A DNA stretch of 37,314 nt from Promethearchaeota archaeon. GTDB lineage: Archaea > Asgardarchaeota > Lokiarchaeia > Sigyniarchaeales > SOKP01. Positions 9,038-17,268 of the stretch are shown piece after piece (the stretch's first letter is position 1; every line of letters begins with the position of its first letter). A program made the position numbers and the translations under genes. The DNA lies in the NCBI GenBank assembly GCA_016930515.1, contig JAFGGO010000122.1:1-37314 (forward strand), written 5' to 3'. Under the pieces are notes generated by a model. The model saw only the letters and a list, made by a program, of their open reading frames with translations, was not told the DNA's origin and ran no database searches.

Positions 9038-10675
9038 TTAAAATATGTGATCTACAGGAATATACATCGGAATCCAGTTTAACATGCCGACAGCCGTATA
9101 TGAAGCATTTGTTTCGTCTTTGGGAAAAACTCTTCTCATTTCATATTCCAATATGCTTTCTTTTTGTGTCGTGTGTGCGACGCGTACCAAACCGTCTTTA
9201 AGGAACCTCGTATCCAATCTATCAGTATGAACTAAATCATCAGATTCCAAGACGGCATATAAAGGAAAGAATCTCGTGTGGAAACCCGAATGTCCTTTTG
9301 GACAATAATTCAAACCCTTAACATTAGGGATAATGCATCCCTCGTCGCAAAAGTGCAGAATAAATCCTCTATGGGCGTTTTCCTCGTGTTCTGTAATTCT
9401 GCCTAAGACGAAGTCTGGTTGTTTAGTTCCCGCTTTCCACATTTCGTAATCTTGAACGCTTGCTCTCGTCTTATTCTTGATAAAGTCGTTTACTTTGGGA
9501 CCTAAATCAATCACGTCTTTAAAGCTCGGCTTTACTTTCAGCAATCCTGATATGCAGGTTGCGCCGGAACCATACGATCCGAAATAGATTGTATCGTTGT
9601 CTCTTGCGTGATTTTCGAGAATATAACAGACTTGGGCCCAGACAGAAGCGTTGTACATGTTACCAAAATGCATTGGCACTCTCAGATGAGGCAACACCCT
9701 TCCTTTAACATTCGATACCACCCAATTTGAAAAATGTTCCAAGCTGTCCGAAGCCAATCCTTTTTCTTTTAGTTTAAGGTAAAGATATTCGGGAACGACG
9801 CTAATATCTTGTAGCATTTTATCAAATTTTGTAAAAATCGAAGTCGTAAAATCTTCATTATTTGTTTTTGACAATAATTTATTTAGGTTTGTAACCCAGC
9901 GCTTTTCTATTATTTGTTGAACGCTCTTTAAAGCTAATTTGGAAAAAGGGGCGTGAAATGCGTAGAAATCTGCGTAAAAATCTCCGATCTGATTTATCAA
10001 GTCGTCGTAAGCGCTTAATTGAAAGCTTAAATAGGTATCAACGGAGTAATGACCAAAGACTTGTGCGTCCTGTTCGTTAGCGGGTCTAAAGAAATCGTTC
10101 ACATTTCCAGATACTTTGCCAAATTTCTTGCTAAAGGACGCCACACGAGGGTTCTTTGAAATAATTAAAGCAATTGCTCCAGAACCTTGAGTTGCTTCGC
10201 TCGGAGATCCAATTTGATATGAAGAAATATCGGCATTAATCACTAGTGCCTTAGAAATTACATCTTTTTCAATTAAAGCAACTGCGTTCAGTAAAGCTAA
10301 TGTTCCACCTGCACAGGCGTTGTAAATGTCTTGTGTTATTGAATTTTTAGAGATTCCTAATAGCTCTGCAAAAATATTAGAAACAGACTTTACGGCGTAA
10401 GTAACTGTTTCCGTACCGACAAAAACTGCGTCTATTTCTTTAGGATTAATGTTACCTCTTAATAGAGCGTAATAACCCGCTTTTAAACCAATAGAAATGA
10501 TATCCTCGTCTACTTCGGGAAGTCGCATTTCTTTTAAAAGAAGGCCTTTCTTGTATTTATCTGGATCGACATTTCGTTTTTCAGCAAGATCGCCAATATC
10601 CATGTAATGTCGCGGTGCGTAGAACGCAATTGAGTCGATTCCGATATTTGTAAATAAATATTCGTTTCCCATCAT
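9038..10675 (-). CDS. Hydroxymethylglutaryl-CoA synthase with internal insertion and C-terminal Zn-ribbon/DUF35-like extension
   Basis: Catalytic triad E89 (GTET), C121 (NACAGG) and H241 (FHAPFSK), plus EATQGSGA, DFFRP, GNMYNAS, SYGSG. 545 aa, longer than typical family members. Confidence 0.9.
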   Translation of the reverse strand: MMGNEYLFTNIGIDSIAFYAPRHYMDIGDLAEKRNVDPDKYKKGLLLKEMRLPEVDEDIISIGLKAGYYALLRGNINPKEIDAVFVGTETVTYAVKSVSNIFAELLGISKNSITQDIYNACAGGTLALLNAVALIEKDVISKALVINADISSYQIGSPSEATQGSGAIALIISKNPRVASFSKKFGKVSGNVNDFFRPANEQDAQVFGHYSVDTYLSFQLSAYDDLINQIGDFYADFYAFHAPFSKLALKSVQQIIEKRWVTNLNKLLSKTNNEDFTTSIFTKFDKMLQDISVVPEYLYLKLKEKGLASDSLEHFSNWVVSNVKGRVLPHLRVPMHFGNMYNASVWAQVCYILENHARDNDTIYFGSYGSGATCISGLLKVKPSFKDVIDLGPKVNDFIKNKTRASVQDYEMWKAGTKQPDFVLGRITEHEENAHRGFILHFCDEGCIIPNVKGLNYCPKGHSGFHTRFFPLYAVLESDDLVHTDRLDTRFLKDGLVRVAHTTQKESILEYEMRRVFPKDETNASYTAVGMLNWIPMYIPVDHIF

Positions 10676-10700
10676 GATGAAATTTCACCGGGATATGTTG

Positions 10701-10708
10701 ATATATAA
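10701..10708 (-). promoter_or_regulatory. Putative archaeal TATA box (TTATATAT) for HMG-CoA synthase
   Basis: 26-33 bp upstream of the start. A GGTGA Shine-Dalgarno-like sequence lies between it and the ATG. Confidence 0.45.
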
Positions 10709-11167
10709 GGTTTAAAATAAGAGTTAAATTTTTCGTTTTTAATAAGAACCTATAATGATCTTTTACTTAAAAGATTATTTATCTAAAAAAGTAAGATATG
10801 ACGATTTAACGATCATTTCTGGGATAAATTTATTTGAAATATAAATAGTTTTTCAATAACTTAACGCTTTTATTGGTTAATCTATTTAATTTTATACTTT
10901 TTTTCTCTAACATTTTACGAATATTCAAATTGTTTTATAATATTTGAAAGAAATTAATAATTTTTACTTAAAATATATTTTAAGGATGGAATTCTAATAG
11001 GTGTATTTTCCATCAAAAAGCTTTTTACGCTTGCTATATATTGTTTATTGATATAATATAAATAATGTTTTTATTCAAAAGCGTATTTATTTAATTAAGG
11101 AGATCGTTAAATATCAAGCACTTTTATTAATAAAACCAAAACATACATTTCTCAAGTGAATCATTAA

Positions 11168-11893
11168 TTGGAAAAACTACTCGAATTTGATGGAGATAGA
11201 TTACCACTTCATGTGGGACTCATACCTGATGGAAATCGACGATGGGCTAGAATAAATAATGTCGATACAAAAATAGGGCATCTTTCTGGATACGAAGCTC
11301 TACGAAAAATAATATTTAGTTTTTTCGATTACGGGATTACTTATTTATCGATATATTGTCTTTCAATCGAAAATGTGAAAAAAAGGAGCGAAATTGAACT
11401 TAAATATCTTTATAAGATCATCCAAAAAGCGTGTGAAACTATAAAGAACGAACCATTGGTCGTTAAAGAAGAAGTAAAAGTAAATGTTTTTGGAAGGACT
11501 CACTTATTGCCAGATTTTGTTCAAGAAAGCCTCCAAGATTTAATGGATTTCACAAAAGATTACAACAAGAACTTTTTAAATCTTCTTATAATGTACGATG
11601 GACAAGAAGAAATAGTAGATTGTATGAAACAAATGATCGCCAATAATGTAGATCCTAGAGACATCACACCAAAAACGATAAAACAATTTTTATATTCTTG
11701 TGAACTACCTGAATTGGACTATATCATTAGGACTGGAATGGATGACGGAGCTAGAATTTCCGGTTTTTTACTTTGGGATGCTTCATATGCTGAATTTAAA
11801 TTTAGAAATGATTATTGGCCTGATTACAACGAAGAAATGTTGGTCGAGGATTTAAAAGATTACATCCAAAGACATAGAAGAAAAGGTAAATAA
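11168..11893 (+). CDS. uppS: cis-prenyltransferase (polyprenyl/undecaprenyl diphosphate synthase)
   Basis: HVGLIPDGNRRWA, GHxxG, YCLSIENVKKRS, YDGQEEI, ELDYIIRTG...RISGFLLW, WPD, C-terminal RRKGK. TTG start. Confidence 0.93.
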   Translation: MEKLLEFDGDRLPLHVGLIPDGNRRWARINNVDTKIGHLSGYEALRKIIFSFFDYGITYLSIYCLSIENVKKRSEIELKYLYKIIQKACETIKNEPLVVKEEVKVNVFGRTHLLPDFVQESLQDLMDFTKDYNKNFLNLLIMYDGQEEIVDCMKQMIANNVDPRDITPKTIKQFLYSCELPELDYIIRTGMDDGARISGFLLWDASYAEFKFRNDYWPDYNEEMLVEDLKDYIQRHRRKGK

Positions 11894-12030
11894 TTATTTT
11901 TGCGTCAAAAATGTCAAGTTTCTATCGTTTTTATTTTAAAGAAATGACACTTTTTGCTAAATATATATAATATGTCTTGATAATAATTATGTAATAATAA
12001 TAAAAAACGAGACTATCAAATAAGAACATC

Positions 12031-13818
12031 ATGAATGGTTCAAAATCAAGTCAACCAATATCTCTCGTCCTTAAAAATTACCCCACGCATTTATTAATAC
12101 CTTCTATTGATAATTTATTGGTCTTTCAAGCAATCAATTATTTAGGGGAAAAAAAGGATTATTTTTTCGAATTTCAAGGTCAAAACCTAAATGTAGAAGT
12201 TCAAGAAGAACTCACTCAATCAATAACATTTAATTCAGGGGAAACGAAGGAATTCACCATTAAATTCATCCCCAACGCCGATGGACAAGCAAAGTTAATT
12301 ATGAATGTCTTTTCTCTAAGTATTGTAAAAAAGAAAATAACCATTCAAGTCGTAAGAAATTCCGTACTAAAAAATAAGACAAAGAAGCACTTTCAAAAAT
12401 ACAAAATAATTCTAAACGATCAATTTGACAATTTTGATGCTAATCAATTCTTTGTTAGTCTAAGCGATCAAGATATTACAATAAAAGAAGAACAACTAAA
12501 GGTTAAAAGTTCTGGTCCTGATAAAGATCAAGATCTTAAATACTTGGCAAAAGCACATATTGTCAAGAGGAATATTCAAAAAGCACTTGAACTTTCCTTA
12601 CAAATTTCAAATGAAGATGAAAAATATCATTTTTATTATGATCTAATCCGTGCTTATGCTGCAATCGATTTACCAACAACAATGCAAATTGTTGATAGTC
12701 TACAGGACGAAGAAAAAAGAGCTTCAATAATTGAAGGCATAACCTCTCAAATAAGCAAGCACGATCAAGAAAAAATCCAAGAATTCTTATCTTTAATAAA
12801 AGATCCTGCGAAAAAGCAAGACCTATTAGTGAAAATCATTGGTCGACTTATTAAAATTAATCCTCCTATGGCATTCGAACTTTCCCATCTCATCCCTAAC
12901 GAATTAATAATAGCTAAAATTTTTATAAATTTAGCTCGAAGGTTCAAAAAATTAAATAACACGCCCGAAGCTGTAAAAACACTTACCCAAATTCTTAATA
13001 TATTTCAAAATTCGCCTAAAATAAACCTGAATCAAGGCAATCCTCAAGGACAAGTATACGAATTTGTTAAAGATATTGTTCATTTAATCGCAGAAATAGA
13101 CAATCCAAATTCGGCCTATTCTGTGATTGATGGCATTAAAAACGAAAATTTGAAAAAACAACTCCTTGACGATTTAGGAAACATTTTAATCGAAACAAAA
13201 GAGGAGATGAGAAAAGTTCAAGAACGTAATCTCGTGTTTTCGCAATATTTATTGTTTAATGTTTTAGTTTCGAATGTGAGCGAAGATATAAAATATTTCT
13301 CTGAAAATGGAGGGAATATCAGCTTAAATTTGCTATCTCAAGATTATTCCTTTAGAGCAATGTTCTTTTCATTATCCAGACTTTCTTTCAACATTTTTCC
13401 CTTTATGGAAAGATTATTTTTCGATTTGAATAATCAAATTGCGTTTTACATTTATCCTTCAAGTAGTGATAACCACATCAAAGAGACTAACGCATTAAAT
13501 CATAGTATAAACAAGTTTATCAATCCGAATAAACTTGCTCCTCAAATACGCATTTATAATTTGGATTTTATACCTTATTTAGGAACTCCAACTGTAATAC
13601 TTAGCGCCAGAAGCGAAGCACTTCAATCGAGGATAGAGCGGCAAGTTAAAAATATAAATATTGTTGTTGATAATAACATATTTAATGATGGAGCGACTTC
13701 GGAGTTATTAAATCGAATCTATGGAAGACTTTCCTCTTCAATAGTTAACATCGTTTTATCGTACGAATTAATGAACGATTTCGAATTGCTTAAAGCTTTA
13801 ATGCAAGCTTTAATATAG
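12031..13818 (+). CDS. Hypothetical protein: N-terminal Ig-like beta-sandwich, central TPR/HEAT-like helical repeats, C-terminal alpha/beta domain
   Basis: ITFNSGETKEFTIKFIP (Ig-like). Repeating units KALELSLQISNEDEK / TTMQIVDSLQDEEKR / EFLSLIKDPAKK / SAYSVIDGIKNENLK. Confidence 0.7.
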   Translation: MNGSKSSQPISLVLKNYPTHLLIPSIDNLLVFQAINYLGEKKDYFFEFQGQNLNVEVQEELTQSITFNSGETKEFTIKFIPNADGQAKLIMNVFSLSIVKKKITIQVVRNSVLKNKTKKHFQKYKIILNDQFDNFDANQFFVSLSDQDITIKEEQLKVKSSGPDKDQDLKYLAKAHIVKRNIQKALELSLQISNEDEKYHFYYDLIRAYAAIDLPTTMQIVDSLQDEEKRASIIEGITSQISKHDQEKIQEFLSLIKDPAKKQDLLVKIIGRLIKINPPMAFELSHLIPNELIIAKIFINLARRFKKLNNTPEAVKTLTQILNIFQNSPKINLNQGNPQGQVYEFVKDIVHLIAEIDNPNSAYSVIDGIKNENLKKQLLDDLGNILIETKEEMRKVQERNLVFSQYLLFNVLVSNVSEDIKYFSENGGNISLNLLSQDYSFRAMFFSLSRLSFNIFPFMERLFFDLNNQIAFYIYPSSSDNHIKETNALNHSINKFINPNKLAPQIRIYNLDFIPYLGTPTVILSARSEALQSRIERQVKNINIVVDNNIFNDGATSELLNRIYGRLSSSIVNIVLSYELMNDFELLKALMQALI

Positions 13819-13902
13819 ATGTGTTTATAGAATTATAATATCAAGATAAAAATAGAAATTAAACAAATTTAAACATGTAACATAAACAGAAAGGGGATAC
13901 GG

Positions 13903-15678
13903 ATGGTCTTTGAACAGAGGGATAATAAATCTAAAGGTCCAAGTGCGGGTGATCGATTTGCACAGGCCGTTAAGAATAAGGAAATTAAGAAATCCAAAAA
14001 ATCAAAAGAAAAGAAAAAGAAAAAAGATAAAAGCTCAAAAAAATCATCGCACTCTGCATTTTCAACAAGCAGTCAAGTTTCTCAAGAGCGTCGAGCACCA
14101 ATTGGGGGGATCTCTTTAGGTGAAAAAATAGATCGTTCTTCAGACAAGTTATTTGTTGGACACGATTACCGTGAAGTATTTAGTTGGGAGTACGAAAGAT
14201 CTTGGGCCGATATTCTCATGGATGTTGAACACTGGCACCTGATGCCCTTTACCCTTGGAATAGAACAAGAGTTAATCGTGGCAGATGATTATGGAAACTA
14301 TCTTCCTGGGGATGAAATGGTGTTTCGAATGAGAGAAATCGTTAAAGACGCTATAAAAATGTTAAAACAACTCATTAATGGTCAAAGATCGGACTTTTTA
14401 CCCATTCCAGAATATATAAAATCCAAGATATTAGTCCCTCCTTATGGAAGAGAAGATTTGGAAAAAGGATATGTAATGGATATTAGATATAACTTACCAG
14501 AAGGAAACGCATCATCTGAGGTAGACATTGATTGTTTTGGACGGGATGGAAATGTTACAGCCATCACCTATATTTTAGAATTAGTAACTCCACCTTGCGA
14601 ATATGTTGAGGAACTTGCTTTTTGGGCGTCAACATTGTTTTTATTGGCAAAAAAAACCCTTCCAAAAGATTTGAATATTATTGCCTCGGGAATCAATCCC
14701 GTCGCACGAGAATACACTCGTGGGCTCACGCAAGCGGATCACTTCCATATTGGTTCCTTTAAGGGTGGACATATTGAAAAGGCGATGGTATATTCAATGC
14801 TGAGAAATTTCATTCCACACCTAATTGCCCTTTCGAATAATTCACCGATCATAAACAATAGGCCAACTGATGTGGTTAAGATTATTAACGGTCGAATCAC
14901 TGCTCCAAATTGCATTCGATCGCTTCGATTGAAATATAACGAGACCATGTTATCCCCTAACATGCCTAAGGGGTTTCTCCCGTACCTTACATCTACCGAT
15001 CAAAGAGGAGTTCAGACTTTCTTGGATGCAGTTGAAAAAGCAGGTTTGGAAGACGCAAGAATGGTTGATTGCTTCCCTTTTACAGATTTTGGAACGATAG
15101 AGCTCAGAGTCTGCGACGCTCAGATATCCATTTGTCGGAGAATTGGGATGGCAATACTCATCCAAACCTTAGCCTACAAGGCTAGGAAATTGCTCATGAA
15201 AAAGAAATGGGTTCCAAACGCAGGAGCTCCAACTATATCTTTTAATAGGAAAGGAGCCTACGAACGCGGACTCATATCACTTTTCAAACCACAAAATCTT
15301 ACGCACGAATTCCTCGCAAAAAATGATCCTAATTTTGCAGAACAATACCTCGGTCCAAAAAATGACCCGGTTAATTACATGACGCAAGCAGTGCAAAGAA
15401 TGTTTTTTTATATCAAACCAGAATTGGTTGAACTTGGATTCTTATATTCTCCGTTTCTCAAACCCCTATTGATGAGCGTTTTTGGTGAAGTATCTTACGC
15501 AACTGCTCCCATGAGCGAAGCGGAATATCAATTATCGCTTTACGATTATAAGGTTAATCAAGGAGAAGACCCTAACATTCTAAACGATTTAATCTATTTT
15601 ACTACTGAATATTGTAAAGATCCTATAAGTCATCCCCTTACCGGTAATTTAACTCTTCCAAAAGAAATGAGGGATTAA
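13903..15678 (+). CDS. Glutamate-cysteine ligase family 2 (GCS2/YbdK-like) carboxylate-amine ligase with Lys/Ser-rich N-terminal tail
   Basis: FTLGIEQEL, LELVTPPC, ASGINP, HFHIG, LIALSNNSP, SLR, GTIELRVCDAQ are the metal/ATP-binding motifs of the GCS2 fold. Confidence 0.85.
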   Translation: MVFEQRDNKSKGPSAGDRFAQAVKNKEIKKSKKSKEKKKKKDKSSKKSSHSAFSTSSQVSQERRAPIGGISLGEKIDRSSDKLFVGHDYREVFSWEYERSWADILMDVEHWHLMPFTLGIEQELIVADDYGNYLPGDEMVFRMREIVKDAIKMLKQLINGQRSDFLPIPEYIKSKILVPPYGREDLEKGYVMDIRYNLPEGNASSEVDIDCFGRDGNVTAITYILELVTPPCEYVEELAFWASTLFLLAKKTLPKDLNIIASGINPVAREYTRGLTQADHFHIGSFKGGHIEKAMVYSMLRNFIPHLIALSNNSPIINNRPTDVVKIINGRITAPNCIRSLRLKYNETMLSPNMPKGFLPYLTSTDQRGVQTFLDAVEKAGLEDARMVDCFPFTDFGTIELRVCDAQISICRRIGMAILIQTLAYKARKLLMKKKWVPNAGAPTISFNRKGAYERGLISLFKPQNLTHEFLAKNDPNFAEQYLGPKNDPVNYMTQAVQRMFFYIKPELVELGFLYSPFLKPLLMSVFGEVSYATAPMSEAEYQLSLYDYKVNQGEDPNILNDLIYFTTEYCKDPISHPLTGNLTLPKEMRD

Positions 15679-15714
15679 AGATAATTATTATTAAAAATTA
15701 GATAACTGAAAGAA

Positions 15715-17262
15715 ATGCTCAAAGCCACTATAGAACAGGACGGAAAAATAAAGGAAGAAAACATATTCGTAATCGACTGCCACTCTCACCTCGGAAAAGA
15801 TGTGGATGGTGCCATGATGATGAATCCATTGGCACCTTCTGGAACTTTTGATTTTTGGGGTAGCGTCCAAGGAAAATTAAGTCAAGAATTAAGTAAAACA
15901 AATGAATATTCTTTTTCAACAATGTTAAATGGAAGACCTGCGAGAATATCGTGGTCTTTTGAGCCATTTCCGTTTACTGATAAAGTATATACTAAACTTG
16001 AATCAATAAAAGGCAGATTCTCCGATCTTAAAGCGAAAGCCAAGTTTTATACCTTCATTGACCAAGCGGTGTGTTTTCCTTTCCAGGACGAGTTTCGCGG
16101 TAATAATCCCGAAGCGTTGTATAGAGCTAGCAACTTGAATGTGTCTCGCTTTACAACAAGATTCCCCTTTTCGATGAAATTGATTGGATACGCACGATGC
16201 GATCCGATGGAAGGACAAAAGGCAGTAAACGAGGTACAATTTGCCAGAGAAGTTCTTGGTCTTCGTGGACTCAAGCTTCATCCCCGTTCTGAAGGGTGGA
16301 TAGACAATATTAAATCAGAAAAAGCAATTAATGTTCTAATCGAGGCTGCAAAACACTCCATGCCCGTTATTTTTGACACGCGCGGGAAGGGTTCTATAAT
16401 CGCAATTGGAGAACTTATTAAATCCACGAGAAATATCATTCAGAACAAGCATCCAGATATTTTACCTCATTTTAAAGTTATTATTGCTCATTTTGCTCAA
16501 GGAAATATTGGAGATCACGATGTTTATAATACGATCGTTCAACCCAACACTTACGGAGATCTCTCAATGCTACACGGCGAAGGTGCAGGGAATTTTTTCA
16601 AGGATTTTCGACATTGGTTCAATGCTAATGGTAAGAAAAGCGTTGACAATCGAGAATGGTCGGAATATTTGATTTTCGGATCAGATTATCCATATTTTGG
16701 AGACGTGCATGCTTCAAAGCTTATCATTTATATCATCAATAAAATGTTTTTTGATTCAGGTGGTAGTATTCAAGATGTTAAGAATATATTAGGTCTTAAT
16801 CAATTAAGACTTTTACCCGAATATAATTTACCCCAAACCAATACGAACGCTTCGAATTTACCTAGTACGATCGTCTCAAATTTACCTATTAAAGGAAAAA
16901 ACTTGCTTTCAACTCGAGAAATGGCAATACACGCATTAACAAAACTCATTGCAGATAATCAAATTGAAATCAAGAACATGTGCCTTCAATTCAATAAATC
17001 ATGGGAGGAAATAAGCTCTGATGTATTATTAACGCTCTCGTCAACATTTAAAGACCAAAACATTAAATTATTATTAATGGATCTTATCAAGGATAGGGTT
17101 TCTCTTCTCGCTCCGTTAAGTAATAAGTTTGCGTGGAATAAATTCGGTTATAAATATTTCAATCCTGAAGATAGAAGTGGTTTAGATTCTATTTTTACCC
17201 AAACTTTCCTTGCTTTAACTCAAGATAAAATAATTGAATGTTTAAGTCCTATCTTTAGTTAA
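15715..17262 (+). CDS. Amidohydrolase_2 family metal-dependent hydrolase with C-terminal extension
   Basis: IDCHSHLG, GLRGLKLHP, IIAHF, IFGSDYPY, ILGLN, followed by about 145 extra residues. Confidence 0.85.
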   Translation: MLKATIEQDGKIKEENIFVIDCHSHLGKDVDGAMMMNPLAPSGTFDFWGSVQGKLSQELSKTNEYSFSTMLNGRPARISWSFEPFPFTDKVYTKLESIKGRFSDLKAKAKFYTFIDQAVCFPFQDEFRGNNPEALYRASNLNVSRFTTRFPFSMKLIGYARCDPMEGQKAVNEVQFAREVLGLRGLKLHPRSEGWIDNIKSEKAINVLIEAAKHSMPVIFDTRGKGSIIAIGELIKSTRNIIQNKHPDILPHFKVIIAHFAQGNIGDHDVYNTIVQPNTYGDLSMLHGEGAGNFFKDFRHWFNANGKKSVDNREWSEYLIFGSDYPYFGDVHASKLIIYIINKMFFDSGGSIQDVKNILGLNQLRLLPEYNLPQTNTNASNLPSTIVSNLPIKGKNLLSTREMAIHALTKLIADNQIEIKNMCLQFNKSWEEISSDVLLTLSSTFKDQNIKLLLMDLIKDRVSLLAPLSNKFAWNKFGYKYFNPEDRSGLDSIFTQTFLALTQDKIIECLSPIFS

Positions 17263-17268
17263 ATTTAT

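Noticed and set aside
10676-11167. ~490-bp very AT-rich divergent intergenic region (also 21124-21525) as possible ncRNA, origin or CRISPR leader
   Set aside because: No GC-rich stem, spaced repeat array or ORB-like motif seen. Consistent with divergent promoters.
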